A DNA stretch of 63,967 nt, filler included, from an uncultured Methanospirillum sp. (lineage in GTDB: Archaea; Halobacteriota; Methanomicrobia; Methanomicrobiales; Methanospirillaceae): assembly GCA_964637135.1 (NCBI GenBank). It is 3 parts of 3 records of this genome, joined end to end, with 100 filler letters (N's around TTAATTAATTAA, not from the genome) between each part and the next. Parts side by side here need not be neighbours in the genome. Positions count along the whole stretch, not along the records: positions 30,469 to 60,292 come from CAZWTX010000033.1; positions 60,393 to 63,967 come from CAZWTX010000078.1; 1 more part is not named here. One strand, written 5' to 3'. Positions 55,864 to 63,967 of the stretch are shown here, piece by piece. The position numbers and the translations under genes are program-made. How positions within the stretch are numbered: the stretch's first letter is position 1; each line of letters starts with the position of its first letter. The notes under the pieces are model-generated. The model was not told where the DNA came from. It made no database searches and saw only the letters and a list, made by a program, of their open reading frames with translations.

Positions 55864-56097
55864 ATGACCTCCTCAACCATCCAGATACCTGAGTCAACTA
55901 TCCATGCTCTCGATCACCTGAAGATCCATCCCGGTGAAACCTACGCCGAGGTTATCGAGCGACTTATTGGACTCTGTAACGAGGAAGAAGATCTCACTCC
56001 GGAGGAATGGGCACGAATTGAACAGGCTGAAACAGAATACAAAGACGGAAAAACATACACCCTGGACGAGATAAAACGAAGGCTGGGAGACGAATAA
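55864..56097 (+). CDS. Antitoxin (archaeal RHH-like, RelB position)
   Basis: TIQI...LK...ETYAEVIERL N-terminus and G-K-T-Y-T-L-D-E-I-K C-terminus; overlaps a relE remnant. Confidence 0.7.
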   Translation: MTSSTIQIPESTIHALDHLKIHPGETYAEVIERLIGLCNEEEDLTPEEWARIEQAETEYKDGKTYTLDEIKRRLGDE

Positions 56098-56367
56098 TAT
56101 ATTAACCCTCTCTTTCTCCCATTCTGCCGAGCAGGGACTAAGGCAGATTCCCAAAGAATACCTGATTACAATATACCAGAAACTAGAAGAACTGTGCCAT
56201 CTTGAAAACCCTGTTCTTCTCCTGAAAAAACTGAAAAGTCCGGATGGAGTCAGGCGGTACTCACTTCGGGCCCGGATATACCGGGTCATCCTGAGAATAG
56301 AACAAGAAAACTGGTCATCATCGTCCTTGATGCTGGTCATCGAAAACAGGTATATCGGAAATACTGA
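56090..56367 (+). pseudogene. RelE-family toxin pseudogene
   Basis: The start reads ACG rather than ATG. It translates FSHSAEQGLRQIP...KKLK...YSLRARIYRVI, then shifts frame near 56308 to KLVIIVLDAGHRKQVYRKY*. Confidence 0.75.
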
Positions 56368-56643
56368 TTCCTATCTTGAATACTTCGGGAGGTAGGGGGA
56401 TACCAGGTCCGGACCGATACGCCGGGATGCATATACATCCCTGTAGGATATGAAATCACCACAAGAAAGGGTTTTTACCCACAGATCCTATATTGGACTA
56501 TCAACAAATTGAAAGAATAATCATTACGAAGGTCAGTAAAAAGTTGTTTTATTAACAAATAGAATGCTTCCTGGCTTAAGAAAGTACTAATCAACTATCA
56601 GTATTCTTTCTTTTTGATTGAACAAAACCATCGAGGAAACGAG

Positions 56644-57084
56644 ATGAATTCAAGAAGTATTCATACATATTTGGTGTTTATCTTCTTGCTTTGTGCTTTT
56701 GCATGTAGTGTTCAGGGTGAGGAGAGACACTCTCAATTAATCTTGAGCGAAGAGGAAAAAAACCGTCTGAATCAGGACCTTGCGACTATTGACAAAATGA
56801 TTAATGAAAGTCCTGATAAAGCAGGACCGTGGCTATACCGGGCAAATACTTTATTCAATCTTGAGAGGTACGAAGAGACTCTCAAAGCACTCGACGAAGC
56901 TGAACGGCTTAATCCGAATGAAGATACCGTAGGTGCGATGATCATCCGGGGAAAAACGTTGTACATGCTCGGACGAGATGATGAAGCTATTGAAACCTTT
57001 GATAAAGCGATTAATCTTTCAGAAGAGGATTATAAAAACGCTCTCGTAACAAAAGAGCAAATCCTTGAGAGGATGGGACAGTAA
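56644..57084 (+). CDS. Exported TPR protein
   Basis: Signal peptide; W..RA..L..LERYEE and RG..L..LGR.DEA...FDKAI repeats. Confidence 0.8.
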   Translation: MNSRSIHTYLVFIFLLCAFACSVQGEERHSQLILSEEEKNRLNQDLATIDKMINESPDKAGPWLYRANTLFNLERYEETLKALDEAERLNPNEDTVGAMIIRGKTLYMLGRDDEAIETFDKAINLSEEDYKNALVTKEQILERMGQ

Positions 57085-57583
57085 AATCCATCATTCTCTT
57101 GTATGGAAATCAAACATTAAGAGTACCAATTTGTACCATGTGTAATGTTCAGTTCTCGATCAAAGTAGGCGATATTAAAGGGTTTTAATCCAGACACTTC
57201 TTAATTACCATATTAAGAGTCGCAATTTATCAAAACAGAAGGATATAATGACATCCACTATCTGGCTCTGTCATTCCCACGTGATTTCCTCATACGATCA
57301 ACTGCCGTGGAAATTGTTTCAGTGAAAATAAAACCTCGTGATTGGACGTTATGAATCTCAATAGTCCCTGATTTGAATGAGGACATGTTTCAGGATGGGA
57401 GATCTCATGCTGATGAGATTTTTTTCATCACGTTCTTCGACTGTGACATGGTCTTTTTGATGAACAATTCGGGAAACATGGAAGGGTCACATCTATTAAT
57501 GACCGATTGTATACGAGATCCCCATATTAATCCGAATGACAGGAGACTAAAAATATCTGGTATGCATATCAGTCATTAGCAAA

Positions 57584-57817
57584 ATGGCATCCATATCCAA
57601 AAAAATTGAACAGGAAGTGCTCTCTCTCCCTGCTCATGAACGGATAGAATTGATTGATCGCCTCATAGAGAGTCTCAACCTTCCTTTGTATCCAAAGATC
57701 GATCATCTCTGGGCTGAAGAAGGGGAGAAGAGATTTTCTGACCTGGAAACCGGATCTGTTACCCCGATATCCGGAAGTGCAGTATTTTCCCAGATTAAAC
57801 GTGCTTTTTTTCAATGA
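57584..57817 (+). CDS. Putative addiction-module antitoxin (TIGR02574-like)
   Basis: LSLPAHERIELIDRLIESL...WAEE..KR motif; ATGA overlap with a parE remnant. Confidence 0.75.
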   Translation: MASISKKIEQEVLSLPAHERIELIDRLIESLNLPLYPKIDHLWAEEGEKRFSDLETGSVTPISGSAVFSQIKRAFFQ

Positions 57818-58100
57818 ATTTCTATTTTCATCCCGAAGCAGAACAGGAACTCTTACCGGCAGTATCTTATTATAAGGACTGTCCTCCGGGACTTGGAATA
57901 GAATTCAGCCATGACGTGTATCTGTCAAAAAGGACGGATTATACAATATCCTGACTCATACGCCCGGTTTTCAAATAATACGGTAGGTGTATTCTCAATA
58001 GATTTCCATATGGGATTTATATTCACGCCGTTAGACAGACGGGAGTATCATCATCATTACGGTAATGAATCTTCACAGAAAACCCGGATCACGTGAATAA
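57814..58100 (+). pseudogene. ParE/RelE-family toxin pseudogene
   Basis: MNFYFHPEAEQEL...YY...GLGIEF, then RIIQYP, LNRFPYGI and VMNLHRKPG after several frameshifts. Confidence 0.8.
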
Positions 58101-58432
58101 TCGGAATATCAGTTTTTATTATGAATACTCTGTTAACTGTTGAGTCTTCGAATCCGGATTATTCTTGACATATGTAACAATTCACCCCCTAATTCTCACC
58201 AGAACGATAATTGTAATCTCTGATGCCTTCGTGAATGATTTCATCTGACCCGTCTAACCGGGGGTGATACGAAGAAAGATCCTTTTTTTAGCGGTACATT
58301 GTAATATAAGATGACAGATACTATACCAAAGAAAAGTATCCATATCTGCTGATTGCCAGCATGAAACCCGAATTATCATACAACTCGTCACAAAAAAATG
58401 TCTGGATCTGAACATTGGGATTAAGGAAAATT

Positions 58433-58732
58433 ATGCCCCTCAAAACCCCTGAAGAGGTCATCAGCCAGGTTAAATCCATCAAATCCATTCTTTCTGAACA
58501 ATATCATGTCACCCGGATTGGAATATTTGGTTCAGCCATTCGGGGAGACCGGACTGAAAAGAGTGACATCGATATTCTCGTAGAATTTTCAGAACCCCCC
58601 GGACTATTCAGGTTTCTTGAGATTGAACAGTTCCTGTCTGATACCCTGCATGCTCCGGTAGATCTCGTTGAGATAAACGGCATTAAGCCCCGGTTAAAAT
58701 CCCGAATAGTCTCTGAAGTGGTGTATGTCTGA
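58433..58732 (+). CDS. Minimal nucleotidyltransferase (MntA-like antitoxin)
   Basis: IFGSAIRG...SDIDILV and VDLV motifs. Confidence 0.9.
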   Translation: MPLKTPEEVISQVKSIKSILSEQYHVTRIGIFGSAIRGDRTEKSDIDILVEFSEPPGLFRFLEIEQFLSDTLHAPVDLVEINGIKPRLKSRIVSEVVYV

Positions 58733-59078
58733 AAAACGTGATCCCCTGGTTTTTCTGGAAGACATGCTCACTTCAGCGGAAAAGATTGTCTCTTATTCCC
58801 ATTGCATTACCTCTGAAGGAGTATTTGAACATCAGGAGACCGTAGATGCAATCCTCTATAATTTACTCGTGTTTGGAGAAGCTGCGAAAAGAGTTCCCGA
58901 GGAGATTAGGAGTGCAAACCCGGATATCCCGTGGCGATCAATTACCGGAATGAGAGATAAAATCATTCATCAATACTGGGTGATCAATCAAATGCTGATA
59001 TGTAAAGCGGTTACTGAGGAGATTCCCCCACTTATATCAATTATCCGCAGAATCATTGAGAGAATGGATTCTCCCTGA
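58725..59078 (+). CDS. HEPN (DUF86, HepT-like) RNase toxin
   Basis: GEAAK, IPW and RDKIIHQY (Rx4HxY) motifs. Confidence 0.9.
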   Translation: MSEKRDPLVFLEDMLTSAEKIVSYSHCITSEGVFEHQETVDAILYNLLVFGEAAKRVPEEIRSANPDIPWRSITGMRDKIIHQYWVINQMLICKAVTEEIPPLISIIRRIIERMDSP

Positions 59079-59541
59079 TATGGTTGTGCCATGAACTCCG
59101 GTCATCATACTGAAAACCATTTGGGACCACCATCGAAGACCCCCCGATGCTTGTGCAATGTTCAGTATCAGTCCTTCACTCATTTTAACGCTTCAACGGT
59201 TCGTGAAGTACTGAGCATGCTGACATTCGGTTGTGAGATTTCAGCTAAAAATTAAGAACGGGTAAACCCCTTCACCCCCCTCACGAGCCCCCCGACCTGG
59301 CTCAGGTGGTCCATCGCCTGGCCGGCAACGGCAAGGGCATCGACGCTTACACTCCCATTCTCTTCTTCCCGGATTGACTCCACGATACCGGCAGCAAACT
59401 CATGCGAAATCTCTGCCAGGGCGAGGTACTGCCGGAGAACGAGGAAGAGGGCTCCCCCGTTCACCACAAAAAAATATCAGAATAATATTTCATATACAAT
59501 CACAAAAGGGTTCAAACCAGACAATCAGACCATTTGATTGA

Positions 59542-59919
59542 TTATTCATCCTGAAGAGTTTCAGGTTTACCTTCCTGCATGGATTGAAAATCTCTGATCT
59601 GATTAACTGAATCCTTAAAATCCGGGAGTGTATTCGTGATAATTCCCCATATGATCTCATAATCGATGGTGAAATATCCATGGGCAACGACATCCCGGAG
59701 CCCGGAAATCCGTCGCCAGGGAACCTCCGGAAAACGGGATTTAACGGTATCAGAGATCTTTTTTGTGGCTTCACCCATGATCTCAAGGTTTCTGATTACC
59801 GCATCTTTTCGTCTCCTGTCTGCATCGAATTCCTGAAAAGAGAGTCCTTCAGTGTCTTCTTTGATATTATGGATAGCATCAATGATATCATCGAGATATT
59901 GCAGATCGGTTCTATGCAT
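59542..59919 (-). CDS. HEPN (DUF86, HepT-like) RNase toxin, second copy
   Basis: DAVIRNLEIMGEA, VPW and RDVVAHGY motifs. Confidence 0.9.
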   Translation of the reverse strand: MHRTDLQYLDDIIDAIHNIKEDTEGLSFQEFDADRRRKDAVIRNLEIMGEATKKISDTVKSRFPEVPWRRISGLRDVVAHGYFTIDYEIIWGIITNTLPDFKDSVNQIRDFQSMQEGKPETLQDE

Positions 59920-60196
59920 AGACTATCTCATTGAGAATATACGGTTTCAACCTGGATTTCAAAGCATCTTTCAGGACCAGATCTACATTCTTTCCGAACA
60001 GGTCTTCCAGGTAAAATTTACAATCCATATAATGTTCAAACGTTTTCTCTCCGGTCCGGAATGTAACCAGTACATCAACATCGCTATCCGGCCCCTCCTC
60101 TCCACGAGCGAAGGATCCGAAAATTCCAATGGTTTCAACCCCAAACTGTTTCTTCAGGATTGATTCATGTTCCCGGAGGAGTGAGAGAATGTCCAT
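59912..60196 (-). CDS. Minimal nucleotidyltransferase (MntA-like antitoxin), second copy
   Basis: IFGSFARGE...SDVDVLV and VDLV motifs. Confidence 0.9.
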   Translation of the reverse strand: MDILSLLREHESILKKQFGVETIGIFGSFARGEEGPDSDVDVLVTFRTGEKTFEHYMDCKFYLEDLFGKNVDLVLKDALKSRLKPYILNEIVYA

Positions 60197-60292
60197 GAGG
60201 TATATGTTGTTGTATGGTTTCACAGGCCTTAATAATACGGTGGAGAGACGATTATCCTGACACGGTCCATGAAAACGATAATCGCGGTTTAT

Positions 60293-60392
60293 NNNNNNNN
60301 NNNNNNNNNNNNNNNNNNNNNNNNNNNNNNNNNNNNTTAATTAATTAANNNNNNNNNNNNNNNNNNNNNNNNNNNNNNNNNNNNNNNNNNNN
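60293..60392. other. Artificial contig join (N-TTAATTAATTAA-N linker)
   Basis: Linker at 60337-60348. Confidence 0.95.
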
Positions 60393-61499
60393 CCATTCCA
60401 GTTCATTCTCGGATCCGGGACTGCAATCCCCGGATTTGATGATGCCATCCAGGGGATGAAGGTGGGGGAGACAAAGACCTTCACGATTCCACCGGAGGAA
60501 GCATACGGTGAATACAATGCCTCACTGATCCAGGTCTTCCCGATCGATTTCATCCCGCCGGGTGAGAATGTGACCATCGGCGATACGGTGACACTCTATA
60601 ATGGTCAGTCTTTCTTCCAGGCGAAGATTGCTGCCATGAATGCCACTAATGTCACCTTTGATCTGAACAGCCCGCTTGCCGGCGAGGCCCTGACCTTTTC
60701 AGTCACCCTGGTTAACCTGACCCCCGCGGCTGACGTGGCAGAACAGATGATTCTGGATAATGGCAGTAAAAATCCATCATCATACGATTCTGAAACCAGT
60801 TCATCGACTAATTCTATAGATAATCTTGGTGTCGATGAATCCGTGAAGAATAATGCTGTTGAATATGATTATGAATCACTATTTAGAAAACCTGACGAAT
60901 ATAAAGGTAAATACGTAAAGCAATCTGGAAAGGTAATCCAAGCATTATATGATAATAACGGCTTATTATTGCGATTAGCTACGAAGATGACCGATTATGG
61001 TTCATATTTAGATAATATAATGTTAATATCATATAATGGTCCACAAAAAATCATGGAAAATGATGAGATTACTGTTTATGGGGTATATCAAGGATTAAAC
61101 ACGTATGATACGATTTTGGGAGGAAAAAATACATTACCTTTAATAGACGCAAAAGATATTGAATCTGCTTCATTATTGACAAAAGAGCAAAAAGATAACA
61201 GCGAAGCGGAACAATACCTCATTCTCAACGTTGATTCAGTGGAAGACCAAAGTACTAAATATTCATCAAAGACCGTAATCCTCGGGACATTGAAAAATAA
61301 TCATCCAAATAAGGAGTTATCATCAGCAAAAATTGTTGGTTTCTTTATTGGGGATGGAGGTATAGAACTTGATTCCGCCACTAAGTATATAAATGATCTT
61401 AAACCCGGTCAGGTGAGATCATTTGAGATTACAAGTTACGAAGATTCAAATAAAATAATGGAAGGGAAAGCAGAGATTTCTTCATCCAATTTCAGGTAA
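60393..61499 (+). CDS. FKBP-type (SlyD-like) PPIase fused to OB-fold-like and FxLYD-like domains (5'-truncated)
   Basis: IPGFDDAI.GM..GE...IPPEEAYG...DLNSPLAG, followed in frame by YESLFRKPDEYKGK...DEITVYG and GTLKN...LKPGQVRSFEI. Confidence 0.75.
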   Translation, partial: PFQFILGSGTAIPGFDDAIQGMKVGETKTFTIPPEEAYGEYNASLIQVFPIDFIPPGENVTIGDTVTLYNGQSFFQAKIAAMNATNVTFDLNSPLAGEALTFSVTLVNLTPAADVAEQMILDNGSKNPSSYDSETSSSTNSIDNLGVDESVKNNAVEYDYESLFRKPDEYKGKYVKQSGKVIQALYDNNGLLLRLATKMTDYGSYLDNIMLISYNGPQKIMENDEITVYGVYQGLNTYDTILGGKNTLPLIDAKDIESASLLTKEQKDNSEAEQYLILNVDSVEDQSTKYSSKTVILGTLKNNHPNKELSSAKIVGFFIGDGGIELDSATKYINDLKPGQVRSFEITSYEDSNKIMEGKAEISSSNFR

Positions 61500-61648
61500 T
61501 GGAAAGATCAAGAAAGGATTGAATTACTAATCACTTTCTCCCTCTATCTGGATAAAGAATTCACTTCAGGATCCCTTTTTTTTATTATTAAACGTCAAAC
61601 CTGATATTCGGAAGATGTACTAAACTGGTTCCTGATCATTATTGATTT

Positions 61649-63190
61649 GTAACTGTTCAGTCTGTTCTGTGAGCGGCAGAGGGGATAAATGGTTCTCCCT
61701 CGAACGCGTTCCGAAGAGATGCGAAAACAGGCATCTCATTCTTTTTCACGGTTGAAATATATCCCCTGACCCTACAGAACCAATCAGCCCCTTCCTCACT
61801 CCTGAACGTACCAGAAATCTTCTGTTGCAGTTTCATCATCCGGATATCCCGTTCAGCCAGGTTATTTGAGAACGGGATAGAGAACTCATACATGAACGAG
61901 AGGATCTGGCCCTCATGTTTCTGGCACCGATCGAGCAGATTTTTCGCTTTTGACTGTTTTTTTACGTCCACGTTTCTGCCTTGTACCCGAACTATCATGA
62001 TCAGGATTTTCCTGCATGCCGGATTTGATGATCTGGCGATATCTCTCTTCGAACAATGAGACCAGATGAGGATCAAGAGAGCATGAATGCTCGCGGATCT
62101 CATCCACCGTTCCTTTGATCTCCTGGATGAGGTCATGCATCTGCTCACTCCATTTTTGGTGGTAGTTTTCCGTGATTCCTTTCAGTTCACGGAGAAGATG
62201 GGCATTACAGAGTGCATGACGGCTTGGATACCGGAAATACGGTGCCCAGAAGTCATGGATTATCGTGCCCCGGAACTGCGGCAGGATCTGCAGATCATCC
62301 ATTGCCTGGGATCCTCGTTTTCGATGGTGACCATATGCAGTGAGGATCTCTGTACTCGCAACATGGAGCCATTGGCGGATGCCGTTTACCCGCATTCCGG
62401 TCTCGTCCACATGTAATACCTGCGCATCTGCCAGGAGTTCTCGTATCTTCTTTTCAACTCCTGCAAGGTTCTGGTAACACTCTGATACCGCCCTGGCCAG
62501 GGTCGCCTTGCTCATGGTTCTTCCGAATAGGTCGCTAAAGGTTTCACAGAGCCGGTCATAGGGAAGCAATTGGTAGATGCTAAGATAGACCATGAGTGTT
62601 TTCAGGTTCTGGCCATACTGTACGGGATGCTTGACTTCAGGAGGAAAGTGTGCCCGGTTCTGCCGTCCACAGCAAGGACAAGTCTTCTGTTCTGTCCGGT
62701 GTTCTGTGACAAGGATTTTCAACGGAGGAATATCATGGACCTGACGATGTTCCACTCTGGACGGGGTCACCTGTTCCAGGGAGGCACCACAGCCTTCACA
62801 TACTGAAACGGTATGAACCATGATCTGATCGGGGGTCTCGACCCAGTCCAGAGTATGACCTTTATGTCCCTTCTGCCCGCCAGGGGGCCGTTCTCCTTTC
62901 TTCCGCTGATTATTGGGACGCTTGAATCCATCCATTGAGGGGGGCCGACTGCTGTTCCGGCTGTGTTGATTCAACTGGGCTTCGAGCTCTGCGATACGGG
63001 TTTTTAGTTGGCCGTTTTCTTCTCGCAACTCGGAAATGAGAAGTTTTTGTTCCTCTATGATGGAAAGAAGAGATTGAATATATGATGCAGGATCTAATTC
63101 AAGGGTATTGTGATTCTGCGAATTTCAAGTCACTAATTGTAATTATGACGTCATAATACTAGGATCTTGTGGTTGACCCTGAATAGTTAC
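61649..63190 (-). mobile_element. IS66-family insertion sequence (single-ORF, ISBst12-like), 1542 bp
   Basis: Terminal inverted repeats GTAACTGTTCAG / CTGAATAGTTAC (11/12); 8-bp target duplication ATTGATTT at 61641-61648 and 63191-63198. Confidence 0.93.
61657..63028 (-). pseudogene. IS66 transposase with a one-base frameshift in an A7 run
   Basis: NSSRPPS, GGQKGHKG, HVDETG, HD, CNAHLLREL and NNLAERDIR motifs; the frames switch at the T run 61957-61963. Confidence 0.88.
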
Positions 63191-63217
63191 ATTGATTTTA
63201 TCAAATGCTGGAATTCG

Positions 63218-63314
63218 GGCTCTGTTGAAATCCTCCAATTGGTTTGAATATTGACTCTGGATCTAGAGGAGGATGAAATGATGTGGAGAACGTCATTAGC
63301 ATTTCAACAGAGCC
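63218..63314. mobile_element. 97-bp MITE
   Basis: Perfect 14-bp inverted repeats GGCTCTGTTGAAAT / ATTTCAACAGAGCC, flanked by the direct repeat GGAATTCG (63210-63217 and 63315-63322). Confidence 0.82.
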
Positions 63315-63967
63315 GGAATTCGGTATTACATCGGTCAGGAAAACATGTGAAGTATTTATTACATCCAATATATTATCAGCACAGTGGTATAGCAATAGAC
63401 CCTATGAGAGCTAAAATCCATATTGAGCACCATGCGGAGTTCCGATAAAAATAACATATGTGATCAATTTTGGTAGTATCAGGATATTGCTAAAAAGTGG
63501 CTGACCCAATAATCTACACAATCACCTTTACCAGACCTAAAAAAGGTACCATGCTATCGCAACGTTTATGCGGGTTATGGGAGGGGCCTTGGTGCCCCGA
63601 CCTCTCACTCTTTAATGGGGGGTTTGGGGGTGGAACCCCCAATCTTTGTGAAAGTGATTGTCTATTTATGTTTCACAGTTAGTGCCCCTCGCCACTTAAT
63701 TTGTGGATAGAGGTGGTGCAATTTCACTCGTGTATTATCAGATGTGAATTGCCAATTAACTGATTTTTGATCGTCATTTCGCTTCTTTTGCCATATCTGA
63801 ATTTCATGAGGATAGCGATTAACCTCACATTGGCATAATAGCCTAATTAAACAACTTGTATGTTCAAGATTGTTAGCCTAGGTTAATCGCGATTCTCAGT
63901 GATTAGATAATCACATCATCGGTTCAGCAGTAATGGATCTCTATCCGCTGTTCGGATGCCCGGGCAT

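Noticed and set aside
57230..57350. Possible PIN-toxin remnant (NDIHYLAL)
   Set aside because: The match is too short and degraded to support a call.
63211..63321. CRISPR repeat, integron attC or invertible switch reading of the ...GTTGAAAT repeats
   Set aside because: There are only two copies and they are inverted. The apparent 21-bp inverted repeat is better explained by 14-bp terminal repeats plus a near-palindromic target duplication.

Overview
Archaeal window from a hydrogenotrophic methanogen, most likely Methanomicrobiales and Methanospirillum-like (inferred from mch, methanogenesis marker 12, archaeal ribC/ribH, TFB/Gar1/SRP19 and PKD-rich surface proteins). It is a scaffold with one 100-N gap inside nifD and two artificial contig joins (N-TTAATTAATTAA-N at about 30.4 kb and 60.3 kb), so gene adjacency across those joins is unproven. 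In order it contains: (1) a group II Mo-nitrogenase operon nifH-I1-I2-D-K-E-N with a long leader and an NrpR-like operator; (2) purE, riboflavin and aminotransferase genes; (3) an accessory islet with three tandem metal/siderophore-type binding proteins, a frameshifted subtilase and a PEGA protein carrying a G10 tract; (4) information-processing genes and three tRNAs (Ala-CGC, His-GTG, initiator Met); (5) a full-length but motif-degenerate type IIG restriction-modification-like ORF; (6) an ABCE1/RqcH/Pelota ribosome-rescue cluster; (7) mch and cdc6, and a tandem duplication that left a microhomology-joined apgM remnant; (8) porCDAB, a two-component pair and enolase; (9) an AT-rich toxin-antitoxin island with two dead RelE/ParE toxins beside intact antitoxins and two intact MNT-HEPN pairs; (10) an FKBP chimera, a complete IS66 with its target duplication, and a 97-bp MITE with perfect 14-bp inverted repeats and an 8-bp target duplication. 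Family assignments come from motif recognition by eye, not from database searches.
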